Of a stretch of DNA of 64,000 bases, positions 50,024 to 59,318 are shown in pieces (the first letter of the stretch is position 1; every line of letters starts with the position of its first letter). The translations under genes were made by a program, and so were the position numbers. The stretch spans positions 224,001-288,000 of the forward strand of contig JAVJQW010000019.1 in assembly GCA_040218735.1 (NCBI GenBank), in the 5' to 3' direction. Below the pieces are notes generated by a model. It saw only the letters and a list, made by a program, of their open reading frames with translations. It searched no databases and had not been told where the DNA came from. The stretch is from Deltaproteobacteria bacterium (GTDB lineage: Bacteria; Myxococcota; Kuafuiibacteriia; Kuafuiibacteriales; Kuafuiibacteriaceae).

Positions 50024-51256
50024 GTGCTCCGTATGTTCGGTCAGGTATCGCCCTGGATGGCGTCGCTGCTCCTCGCGGCCTGCGTCGTCGAGAACTCCGG
50101 GCCCGCGGGGCCGGCCGGGGCCACGGGCGCCGAAGGACCGATGGGTCCGACGGGCGCGACCGGACTCGAAGGTCCTAAGGGAGACCCGGGAGACTCGGGC
50201 AGCAGCACGCCGGCCTTCATGCAGCTCGTCGAGCGCGTCGACGAAGTCGAACGGCTCGCGCTCGGTGCTGTAGGTGCCCACGGGGTTTCGTTGTCGCTCT
50301 CGAACGGCGCGCTCGTCGTGGGTTGTGGTGACGCCGATTGTTCATCGACCCGCCGCGCATTCGTGCGATTTCCCGAGAGCGCCTTCTCGGCCACGCTGGT
50401 GCCGCTGGAGGCCAATCAGACCTTGAGCGGCCTCGGAGCGACCGGAGGCTCGGATCTGGGTTCGATGACGTTCGGGACGGATTCGAACCAGCCCTGGAAC
50501 CACGCCCGACCCTTCTACCTCTACGCCGTTCAACTCAGCGACACCGAGATCGGTTTTGCGCTCTCGGCCCAACCCAACCGCGTCGACACCGGCAACGAGA
50601 ACAACATCGCGCTCCCGCGCCAAGCCGCGCCGGTGCAGAGCCAACGGAACGTCGTGTTGTTCGAGGCGCCGACGGTCGCCGTGACGAGCTCGCCGTTTCC
50701 GATGATTCGGATCGGTTCCGTACTCATGCGGCGCGCGACCGCCACGGTGGATTGGGAAATCATGCCGGACGCCGCGAGCGGCCTCGGGCGCTACCAGGAA
50801 GGGCGCGTGTTTCAGGCCCAGGCGGGCACGTTCGGCGCCGTGCCGGGAGGGTTCGCATATATCGATGGCTGCACCACGGACCTCCAGTTCACGACCAACG
50901 TCATGAACTACACGCTCAGCGAAGACGGTTCCGTACGTGTCTTCCTCGATCTCGAGAACGACGGAGGAACCGAGGACGAAGGCTGCACAGGCCTGCTCCG
51001 CCTCGTGCTCCCCTACGCCACCGCGCCGCAGCCCATCGTTGGTCCCAATCAGCCGTACGCCAAGATTCTTCAGTGCGTGCTCACGAACAACGCGATGGCC
51101 GTGGATGACCTCTGCTACCTCACGGGAGGCGGCGCATCCTCCTTCTCGAACGTCGCGCTTCGGAGCGTGGGCGGTGTGCACGGCGGCAACTTCCCGAATG
51201 GCAACCGTGCGCTGCGGGGGCAGTTCGAGTACATGGCGTTTCCGGCGCTCGACTGA
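50024..51256 (+). CDS. collagen-repeat lipoprotein with fibre-like C-terminal domains
   Basis: LLLAAC lipobox; about 11 G-X-Y triplets; short coiled coil; beta-rich remainder. Confidence 0.8.
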   Translation: MLRMFGQVSPWMASLLLAACVVENSGPAGPAGATGAEGPMGPTGATGLEGPKGDPGDSGSSTPAFMQLVERVDEVERLALGAVGAHGVSLSLSNGALVVGCGDADCSSTRRAFVRFPESAFSATLVPLEANQTLSGLGATGGSDLGSMTFGTDSNQPWNHARPFYLYAVQLSDTEIGFALSAQPNRVDTGNENNIALPRQAAPVQSQRNVVLFEAPTVAVTSSPFPMIRIGSVLMRRATATVDWEIMPDAASGLGRYQEGRVFQAQAGTFGAVPGGFAYIDGCTTDLQFTTNVMNYTLSEDGSVRVFLDLENDGGTEDEGCTGLLRLVLPYATAPQPIVGPNQPYAKILQCVLTNNAMAVDDLCYLTGGGASSFSNVALRSVGGVHGGNFPNGNRALRGQFEYMAFPALD

Positions 51257-51287
51257 TCCGTCGTCGCGTCCCGCGGACAACCGGGCT

Positions 51288-52622
51288 TCACACCACGAAC
51301 AACACGTAGAACGACGCGAGCACCAGCTGCACCACGGCGAACGGCGCGGCCACCTTCACGAAGCCGCCGAAGCTCATCGGGAGCTTGTTCTTGTGGATGA
51401 TCGCCACGGCGACCAGCGTCGAGGCCGAGCCGATCGGCGTGAAGTTGCCGCCGAGGTTGCAGCCGAAGATCGTCGCCCACCACAGGTTCGAGTCGGCGGG
51501 GGTGCCCTGGAGGATCTTTGCCAGGACCGCGGCCAGCGGGACGTTGTCGGTGACGCTCGAAGCGATCGAACCGCTCCACAGCAAAGCCAACGGGCCGGCC
51601 GTGTCGCCGAGGCCGATCAGCGCTTCGATCCCCGAGCCGATGAGCACCAGGACCTTCGCGTGCTCCATGACGTGGATGACGATGAAGAGGTAGGCGAAGA
51701 ACAGGAGCAGGTCCCAGTCGATCGCGACGTACGCCTTCTCCGGCTCGTGTTTGATCCGAATCAGCGCGACCACCGCAAAGGCCATCGCGACGAAACCCAT
51801 GCCGAGCTCGTCGATGTACGGCGTGACCGACGCCGTCGCGATGCCCAGGATGAACAGGCCCAACAAGGTCCACGAGAAGTTGAAGAAGGGGCGCGACCGA
51901 ACGCTCTCGTTCTCGTCGAACGACGCGACCAGCTCCGCCGCGTTCTTCTTCTGATCCTCCGTCGCGAGTTTTTCGATCTTGAACGCGCGCAGCCCCATGT
52001 AGACGGTCGCCACCGTCGCCACCACGACGTACGGCGCCGCCTTGTACAGAAACGCGACGAAGCTGATCCCCGCCGTCGTCCCCACGATGATGTTCGGGAT
52101 CGACGAAATCAGCGTCAGCAACCCACCGATGTTCGTGAGCAACCCCTCCACCAACAAGAAGCCCAGCAACAAGTTCTCGCGCTCCAGCTTCTTCAGCGAC
52201 ACGGCCGACAGCGAACCCACGATGATCATCGCCGTCACGTTGTTCAACACCGCGCTGAACACCACCGTGATCCCCGCGTAATACCAGAGCAGCTTCACCG
52301 GATCGCCGCCCGACATCTTCGTGAGTTTGATCGCCGTCCACGCGAAGATGCCGGAGCGCGAAGTCACGTCGATGAACAGGCTCGACCCGAAGATGATGAT
52401 GATGACCGACCAGTCGATCATCGGGATGTACAGCGGCAGGTGCGCGTCCTCGGGGCGGTGAATCAGGTGCATCACCTCGCCCAACAGCAGGCAGATCACC
52501 GCGAAAACGCCGGTGATGATCGACTTCTTCGCGTGGAGCTTCTCCTCCAACGCGAGGCTCGCGATCATCGCCACCAGGATTCCGAGGAACAGGAGGGTCG
52601 TCGACATCGGCACTTCGTGCAT
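51288..52622 (-). CDS. ArsB/NhaD (IT superfamily) ion transporter
   Basis: FSAVLNNVT, NIGGLLTLISSIPNII, SSVTDNVP, GCNLGGNFTPIGSAST. Confidence 0.9.
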   Translation of the reverse strand: MHEVPMSTTLLFLGILVAMIASLALEEKLHAKKSIITGVFAVICLLLGEVMHLIHRPEDAHLPLYIPMIDWSVIIIIFGSSLFIDVTSRSGIFAWTAIKLTKMSGGDPVKLLWYYAGITVVFSAVLNNVTAMIIVGSLSAVSLKKLERENLLLGFLLVEGLLTNIGGLLTLISSIPNIIVGTTAGISFVAFLYKAAPYVVVATVATVYMGLRAFKIEKLATEDQKKNAAELVASFDENESVRSRPFFNFSWTLLGLFILGIATASVTPYIDELGMGFVAMAFAVVALIRIKHEPEKAYVAIDWDLLLFFAYLFIVIHVMEHAKVLVLIGSGIEALIGLGDTAGPLALLWSGSIASSVTDNVPLAAVLAKILQGTPADSNLWWATIFGCNLGGNFTPIGSASTLVAVAIIHKNKLPMSFGGFVKVAAPFAVVQLVLASFYVLFVV

Positions 52623-52632
52623 CGGATCCTCC

Positions 52633-53490
52633 TCAGAGCATCAGCAGCGGGCGATCGATCAGCTCCACCGCAATCGAGTACGCCAGCCCGTGCATCGCGA
52701 GCTGACCCTCGTCCTTCGTGTTGAACACCACGATGTCGTACTCACCGTCCTTCACGAGCGCTTCGTACTCCTTCACCGTGTGACCGCGCCGCACGAGCTT
52801 CGACGGCCGCACGTCCGGGTACGCCTCCGTGATCCGCTCACACGTCTCCGCGAGGAACCCATCCGCCTCACCCAACAACTTCTTCTCGATCTGCTCGCGC
52901 GCCACGTCGGTATCCAGGTCGGAGATCTTCCCGATCACGTCGATGTAGCGCTTGAACACCGCGTCGTCCTCGATGTGCGCGAGCGTCAGCTCACCGCCCT
53001 TCTCCACCAGACGCAGGCCCCAGTTCACGAGCATGTGGTCGCCGACGATCGCGTTCGCGACCACCAACACCTTGTCGGAGTTCTCGGTCGCTCGCTGAAA
53101 GTTCGTGTGCTTCGGCGGCGGCAACAACAGCACCGGCGAGCTCGTCGCTTGCGTGAGCATGTCCGCGTAGGTGCCGAGGCTGTGCGGGAGGTCCTGGTCC
53201 CCTTCGAACAAGTGCCGGTACGCGACGATCAAATCCGGCTTCGACGCTTCCACCTTCGCGAGCATCGCGCGCACGGTGGTGAGGTCCTCGCGGCCTGTCA
53301 CCGTCCACGACACGAGCTGCTCGTCGTCGAGGCCCTTCAGGAAGTGGCGGATCCGGGCGAGGAACGCGTCGCGTTCGTCGGAGTCGAGGTCGGTGATGAC
53401 GAGGACGCTCGAGACGTCGGGGCGTTCGAGCTTGGGTCGGACTTTGACGGACGCGCGGAACTGCGATTCGACTTGATCGAGGTCGAGCAC
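52633..53490 (-). CDS. tandem universal stress protein (USP-like)
   Basis: PDLIV...LG...LTQATSSPVLLLP; YDIVVF...SIAVELIDRPLLML; upstream of the transporter. Confidence 0.7.
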   Translation of the reverse strand: MLDLDQVESQFRASVKVRPKLERPDVSSVLVITDLDSDERDAFLARIRHFLKGLDDEQLVSWTVTGREDLTTVRAMLAKVEASKPDLIVAYRHLFEGDQDLPHSLGTYADMLTQATSSPVLLLPPPKHTNFQRATENSDKVLVVANAIVGDHMLVNWGLRLVEKGGELTLAHIEDDAVFKRYIDVIGKISDLDTDVAREQIEKKLLGEADGFLAETCERITEAYPDVRPSKLVRRGHTVKEYEALVKDGEYDIVVFNTKDEGQLAMHGLAYSIAVELIDRPLLML

Positions 53491-53503
53491 GCCCCGAGGG
53501 CTA

Positions 53504-55360
53504 TCAGATCGCGGAGAGGTACGCGACCAGGTCGTCGATCTCCTGCTCGCTCAGCATCGACGTGTCGCCCATTTCGCCGCTGCGGCTGCGGAGGACGACG
53601 TCGCGGAGCGTCTCGGCGGAGCCGTCATGCAGATAGGGCGGCGACGACGCCACGCCGATCAGCGAGCGCGTCTGCACGAAGAGGCCGAACATCTCGTAGC
53701 TCTCGTTGTCGGTCATGCGCTCGCCGTTGTGGCAGCTGGCGCAGCCGACGTCCTCGCGCTGGAAGATCTCACGACCGCGGCCGATCGCCGGATCCGACGA
53801 GGCGCCCATCGCGACGTCCACATCGCGGGTCGAGTCGATGTACAGCTCGATGAGGTCCGCCTGGCGGTCGGACATGTTCGTGCCACCCATCGCGTCGCGG
53901 CTGGTGCGCTGCGCGTCGATCGCGACGGTCTCGCGGTCACCTTCCCAACGCACCGGCGCGGTCAGCGAGACGCGGCCGGCGAGCGACGGGGTCTGACGCT
54001 TGCCGCGCACGAACGTCCAGGAGACGCCGTCGTTGCGGCCGTCGAAGTGGCACGTCGCGCAGGACAGGCCGGTGAGGGGGTTCGCGATGGTCGGCGTGTC
54101 GTTCGTGTAAAAGAGGCGACGCCCCTCCTCGACCTCCGCCGAGAACGCCGGGCCCGCGACCGTTCCGATGCCGAGCGTCTTCGGCGCGCTGAGCTGACCG
54201 AACTCGGAGACCTGCTTCACCGAAGAGACGTCGATCCGCGCCACGGCGCGATCGAGGAAGCCGTAGACGAACGCTTCCTCGTCGTCGACGAACGTGACCG
54301 CGTTGGCGCCGTCTGGTGCGTCGAAGATGGCGGTGGGGCGCAGCTCGGTCGTGAAGAAGCCCGCCTCGAAGTTGGAGTCGCCGAAGACCTCGAACAAGAT
54401 GCCGCCGTCGGCGCCCTTCTCACCCTCGACGTCCATGACCAGGACGCGGTTGCTGCCTTCGAGCGTCGCGTAGAGCTTGAAACCCTCCGGGTCGAACGCC
54501 ACGCTCGACGCGTAACCCGACGGGCCGCCCACCGGGTCCGAGAGGCCGATGAGGCGCGTGCCCTTCAGGTCCGGCTCGCCGCCCTCGACGGGGATCAGCG
54601 CGACGGTGAAGTCCTGACGGCCGCCGTAGTAGCCGGTCGGCGGGATCGAGCCGGTGTCGTCGATCGGCGTCTCGCTGTCGATGTTCATGGTGGGGACCGC
54701 GATGTAGTAGCCGTCCGAGGAGATCGCCGGGTCGCCCATCACGCGCACGCCGCGCGGGCCGAGGCCGGTGTTGATGCGCGGCAGCGGGACGTCCGCGACG
54801 CCGTCCTCACCCACGTCGATGTGCGTGAACGTCCCGTTCATCGCGGACGCGACGAAGAGGTCGTCGCCGTTCGGGTGCATCGTCAGCCAACGCGGCTGGT
54901 CCGGGACGTTCCACTCGTTGGAGATCTCGTGGGTGTCGGTCTCGATCTCGAGGACCTTGTTCTCGAGCTGCACGGCCACGTAGACGTGGTCGCCGCCCTC
55001 GGGCGCGACGATGCCGTAGGGCTCGGCGCCGACTTTGATCGTTTCGAGGAAGACGAGGCCGTCGTCGGTCTCTTCGAGCACCGCGATGGCGCGCTCGAGG
55101 CGGAGCGTGACGAAGACCTTCTCGTCGACGCGCACGATGCGGGTGGGTTCGCCGCCGACGTCGATCGAGCTGACGTCGAGGCCTTCGGTTTTCACCGTCG
55201 AGACGGTGCCGTGGTCGGTGTTGGTCACGTAGAGCGCGCGGTAGTCACTCGACGTGGCGATCCGGTTGCTGCCGGTGGGGTAGCGGGCGTCACTGAGTCC
55301 GTCGCCGCAGGCGGTCGCGAGTCCGAGTGCGAGCACGCTCGCGTAGCCAATCCTCTGCAT
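53504..55360 (-). CDS. lipoprotein with YVTN beta-propeller and di-heme cytochrome c peroxidase/MauG-like domain
   Basis: LATAC lipobox; LYVTN, VGAEPYG; CATCH and CASCH; QTPSL, PPYLHDGSAETL. Confidence 0.88.
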   Translation of the reverse strand: MQRIGYASVLALGLATACGDGLSDARYPTGSNRIATSSDYRALYVTNTDHGTVSTVKTEGLDVSSIDVGGEPTRIVRVDEKVFVTLRLERAIAVLEETDDGLVFLETIKVGAEPYGIVAPEGGDHVYVAVQLENKVLEIETDTHEISNEWNVPDQPRWLTMHPNGDDLFVASAMNGTFTHIDVGEDGVADVPLPRINTGLGPRGVRVMGDPAISSDGYYIAVPTMNIDSETPIDDTGSIPPTGYYGGRQDFTVALIPVEGGEPDLKGTRLIGLSDPVGGPSGYASSVAFDPEGFKLYATLEGSNRVLVMDVEGEKGADGGILFEVFGDSNFEAGFFTTELRPTAIFDAPDGANAVTFVDDEEAFVYGFLDRAVARIDVSSVKQVSEFGQLSAPKTLGIGTVAGPAFSAEVEEGRRLFYTNDTPTIANPLTGLSCATCHFDGRNDGVSWTFVRGKRQTPSLAGRVSLTAPVRWEGDRETVAIDAQRTSRDAMGGTNMSDRQADLIELYIDSTRDVDVAMGASSDPAIGRGREIFQREDVGCASCHNGERMTDNESYEMFGLFVQTRSLIGVASSPPYLHDGSAETLRDVVLRSRSGEMGDTSMLSEQEIDDLVAYLSAI

Positions 55361-55607
55361 CGTTCGTTCTCCTCTTTCCGTGCGCTTCATTTCGACTGGC
55401 GGGAAGTTTCTGTCCTTCGCCGCCCCGGATGGAAGGGCCAACCCCGTCCATGCGCGCCCTCACACCCTGCTATTCACGTACCACCGACGACGTCCTATTG
55501 GCGACGCTGTCCGTCAGGACATTCCGATCCTACCCGTGTGCAGGTCCTTGCACACCTGTGCGGACGGCTTTACGCCGCCAAGGCCTTGGACGTAGGTTGG
55601 GCGGACG

Positions 55608-56969
55608 ATGCGGAATCGTACGCTGTGCGCGCTCCTCGTACTCATGACCGCCTGCACCGGGAACAACGGCTCGGACGACGATGACGGCACGCAGATGGAA
55701 CGCGACGCCGGTGTCGACCGGGACGGCGGTCCGAATGTCGCCGTGGTCTATTACCGGGACGTCAAACCCATCATCGACGCGCGCTGCAACGGTTGCCACG
55801 CGGGCGCGACCGTAGCGCCGATCGATTTTTCGGTGCCGATGGTCGTGCAGCGCGCGGCGCCGACGATCCGCGACCAGGTCCTCTCGAAACTCATGCCGCC
55901 CTGGCACGCCGACGACACGTGCAACGACTACAAGGCGAACCGCTCGCTGACCCAGGATCAGATCGACACGATCGTGGAGTGGATCGATCTCGGCGCGCAC
56001 CTCGGCGATCCGGCCGACGAGGGTGAGCCCCTCGACGTCGTCGACACGGGGCTGTCGCGCGTCGACATGCGCACCCAGGCGCCCGAGCCGTATACGCCGG
56101 TCGGCACCGACGACTACCGGTGCTTCGTGATCGAGTGGCCCGGCACCGAGACGCAGTACGTCACCGGGTTCAACCTCGAGCCGTCGAACCTCGGCGTCGT
56201 GCACCACGCGAACATCTACGTCGCGAGCGGCCAGGGCGCGCAGAGCTTCCGCGACCGCGACGCCAACGCACCCGGCGCGGGTTACCCGTGTTTCGGTGGG
56301 GCGTTCGCGGTCGGCGTCGAGCTCTTCGGCGCGTGGGCGCCGGGCAGCCTCGGCATCGAGTACCCCGCCGGCACCGGCCTGCAGATCGATCCCGGCTCGG
56401 TGATCGTGATGGAGATGCACTTCAACACCGGTCCGGAGCGTCAGGGCCCGGACCAGTCGACGATCGCGTGGCAGCTCGCGAGTCAGGTCGAGCGGCGCGC
56501 GTTGATCGCGCCGTTCTGGAACTTCCAGGAGTGGTCGAGCGGCAACATGCCGATCCCCGCCGGGCAGGCCGATGTCGTGCACTCCGTCGAGGTCGACCCC
56601 GACGGGCTCGTGCCGCTGCTCGCGCCGTGGCTGTTGTCGAACGAGATCCAGATCTGGGGCACCGGGATGCACATGCACTACCTCGGTACGCAGGGGAGCA
56701 TTCACATCAATCGCCCCGCCCCCGCAGAGGACACGTGTGTGATCGAGATTCCGCGCTGGGACTTCAACTGGCAGCTCGGTTACCTGCTCGAGCAACCCAT
56801 CGACTTCACCATCGGCGAGGACACACTCATGCTCGAGTGCCGCTGGGACAACCGCGCCGAGAACCAACCGGTGATCGACGGCGTGCGACGTACGCCGCGC
56901 GACGTGAACTGGGGTCAGAACTCCGACGACGAGATGTGCATCGGGTACCTCTACATCACCGAGAAGTGA
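55608..56969 (+). CDS. copper type II (PHM/DBH-like) monooxygenase lipoprotein with N-terminal heme c
   Basis: LMTAC lipobox; CNGCH...MPPW; DDYRCF, VHH, MHF, HMHYLG, WDFNWQ, DEMC. Confidence 0.9.
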   Translation: MRNRTLCALLVLMTACTGNNGSDDDDGTQMERDAGVDRDGGPNVAVVYYRDVKPIIDARCNGCHAGATVAPIDFSVPMVVQRAAPTIRDQVLSKLMPPWHADDTCNDYKANRSLTQDQIDTIVEWIDLGAHLGDPADEGEPLDVVDTGLSRVDMRTQAPEPYTPVGTDDYRCFVIEWPGTETQYVTGFNLEPSNLGVVHHANIYVASGQGAQSFRDRDANAPGAGYPCFGGAFAVGVELFGAWAPGSLGIEYPAGTGLQIDPGSVIVMEMHFNTGPERQGPDQSTIAWQLASQVERRALIAPFWNFQEWSSGNMPIPAGQADVVHSVEVDPDGLVPLLAPWLLSNEIQIWGTGMHMHYLGTQGSIHINRPAPAEDTCVIEIPRWDFNWQLGYLLEQPIDFTIGEDTLMLECRWDNRAENQPVIDGVRRTPRDVNWGQNSDDEMCIGYLYITEK

Positions 56970-57009
56970 CCTTGACCCAGCGCTCGCGCTTGGGCTGAAC
57001 AAGGGGCCC

Positions 57010-58200
57010 ATGGTCCGCCTCTCCCAGCGCGCGGTGCACATGCCCGCGTCTCCGATTCGACGCCTCGTGCCCTTCGCCGACGCCGCCCGCGCGCGGGGCG
57101 TGCACGTGCATCACCTCAACATCGGGCAGCCCGACGTGAAGACGCCGCGCGCGATGATCGAGGCGTACCGTTCGTACGACGACGAGGTGCTCGCGTACGG
57201 GCCGTCGCAGGGCTTGCCGGAGCTGCGCAAGGCGATCGCCGACTACTACGCTGGGGTGGGGCTCGCGGTGGAGCCGTCCGAGGTCAACGTGACGTTCGGG
57301 GGGAGCGAGGCCGTGCAGTTTGCATTCGCGGCGGTCGCGGATCCGGGCGACGAGATCCTCGTCTTCGAACCGTTCTATGCCAACTACCTCGGCTTCGCGG
57401 TGGCGGCGGGGGTCGGCATCCAGGCGGTGACGACCACGGCGGACGACGGGTTCGCGCTCCCGAGCGACGAGGCGATCGAGGCGAAGATCGGTCCGAAGAC
57501 GAAGGCGATCGTGTTCTGCTCGCCGGGCAACCCGACGGGCGGAATCTATTCGAACGAAGAGATGCAGCGGCTCGGCCGGCTCGCGGAGAAACACGACCTC
57601 GTGTTGATCTCCGACGAGGTCTACCGCGAGTTCGCGTACGATGTGCCGGTGACGAGCGCGTTGTCGTTGCCGTGTGCGAAGGAGCGCGTCGTCGTCGTCG
57701 ACAGCGTGTCGAAGCGGTACTCGGCGTGCGGTGCCCGCGTGGGTTGTGTTATCGCGAAGAACCCCGCGTTGACGGACGCGTTCATGCGGATGTGTTTCGC
57801 GCGGCTGTGTCCGGCGACGGTGGATCAACGGGCGGCCGTCGAGGCGTACCGGACGCCGACGTCCTACTTCGATGACGTCGTGCGGGAGTACCAGGCCCGC
57901 CGGGACGTGCTCGTCGATGGTCTGAACCTGATCGAAGGTGTCAGTGCGCCGAAACCCGCCGGCGCCTTCTACGCGATTGTCACATTGCCGGTGGCCGACG
58001 CGGATCGTTTCGCTCAGTGGTTACTCACAGACTTTTCACATGAGGGTGAGACCGTCATGGTGGCGCCCGCGAGTGGGTTCTACAGCGTCCCTGCCCTGGG
58101 TCAGCACCAGGCGCGTATCGCCTATGTATTGAATGTCCAGGCGCTGGCGCGGTGCGTCGAGATCGTGCAAGTCGCCTTGCAAACCTATCGCGACGAATGA
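57010..58200 (+). CDS. PLP-dependent aminotransferase class I/II
   Basis: LNIGQPD, PFYANY, PGNPTG, SDEVY, DSVSKRYSACGARVG. Confidence 0.95.
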   Translation: MVRLSQRAVHMPASPIRRLVPFADAARARGVHVHHLNIGQPDVKTPRAMIEAYRSYDDEVLAYGPSQGLPELRKAIADYYAGVGLAVEPSEVNVTFGGSEAVQFAFAAVADPGDEILVFEPFYANYLGFAVAAGVGIQAVTTTADDGFALPSDEAIEAKIGPKTKAIVFCSPGNPTGGIYSNEEMQRLGRLAEKHDLVLISDEVYREFAYDVPVTSALSLPCAKERVVVVDSVSKRYSACGARVGCVIAKNPALTDAFMRMCFARLCPATVDQRAAVEAYRTPTSYFDDVVREYQARRDVLVDGLNLIEGVSAPKPAGAFYAIVTLPVADADRFAQWLLTDFSHEGETVMVAPASGFYSVPALGQHQARIAYVLNVQALARCVEIVQVALQTYRDE

Positions 58201-58352
58201 GACCGATCGGTCTTTCACAGCCTGTGTACGAAGGGGCTGTGTGACACATCCTGGTGCGACGAAAGGTGTATTCGAATAGAGCGGGGGTGGTGACGTCAAA
58301 CCGCTGGCATACCGTGGTTCGCCGCTGGTAGCGTGCCCCTTCGGAAGCGGGA

Positions 58353-59318
58353 TTGGTGACCCCCCTGCATCGACGAAGTGGTTGGCTGCTCGTCCTCTTG
58401 GCGGGCTGCGGAGGCGTGGTCTCGAACCCACCGCCGGCCGCGCATGCCGCACCTGCACCCGAGAGTACGACGCGAGCCCCCGAAATCTCGCCGGTGAATT
58501 CGGTCGCGCCGAAGAACGCGCCCGCCGCGAGCAACGCCGAGGTCGCCGAAGCCCAAGCCGCCCTCGAACCCACGCCGGAAGATCCCGCGGTCGCCAAGAA
58601 GCTGACCGAGCAAGTCGGTCCGCCGCTCCCCAAGTTCCCCGCGCGGGCCGCCCCCTACAAGATCCTGATCCTCGGCGACAGCATGGCGGCCACCGACTTC
58701 GGCCGCCAGCTCGAGCGCCGTCTGGAAAAACGTGCGGACATCGAGGTCGCACGACGCGGTAAGAGCGCAACCGGTCTTGCGCGGCCGGACTACTTCGACT
58801 GGATGGGTGAGGCCAAGAAACGCGTTCAACGCCACGATCCGGATCTCGTGGTCGTGATCATCGGCGGCAACGACGGGCAGGACCTCATCCCGAAGTCGAA
58901 GAAGACCAAGCCGCGCCGCGTGTTCTGGCACGGCGACGACTGGGCCGACGCCTACGCCCAGCGGGTCCTCGACTTCAGCCTGACCCTCCTCGCCGACCAC
59001 CGCCGCATCGTCTGGCTCGAGCTGCCCGTCATGGAGCACAAGAGCCTCGAGCGAAAGCTCGTCAAGATCCGCGGCATCCAGAAGGAAGCGCTCGGCGCCC
59101 TGATGCCGCGCGTCGCGTACGTGCCGACCCGCCCCCACTTCGTCGGCGCCAAGGGCGAGGTCCTCACGAAGGTGAACGTGACGGGCTACCGACGCGCTCA
59201 GGTGCTCCGGCAGGACGACGGCATCCACTTCACCGTCCCCGGCAGTAAGTACTTCGCGGCCAAGGTCGCCCCGGACGTGCTCGCCGCGCTCGGGCTCGAC
59301 CAGGGAGAGGCGAAATGA
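58353..59318 (+). CDS. DUF459/SGNH-hydrolase family lipoprotein
   Basis: LLAGC; ILGDSM, ATGLARPDYFDW, GGNDGQD, DGIHFT. Confidence 0.88.
   Translation: MVTPLHRRSGWLLVLLAGCGGVVSNPPPAAHAAPAPESTTRAPEISPVNSVAPKNAPAASNAEVAEAQAALEPTPEDPAVAKKLTEQVGPPLPKFPARAAPYKILILGDSMAATDFGRQLERRLEKRADIEVARRGKSATGLARPDYFDWMGEAKKRVQRHDPDLVVVIIGGNDGQDLIPKSKKTKPRRVFWHGDDWADAYAQRVLDFSLTLLADHRRIVWLELPVMEHKSLERKLVKIRGIQKEALGALMPRVAYVPTRPHFVGAKGEVLTKVNVTGYRRAQVLRQDDGIHFTVPGSKYFAAKVAPDVLAALGLDQGEAK

Noticed and set aside
58216-58241. CACAGCC/GGCTGTG hairpin after the aminotransferase
   Set aside because: Could be a terminator, but the loop is large and there is no U-tract.
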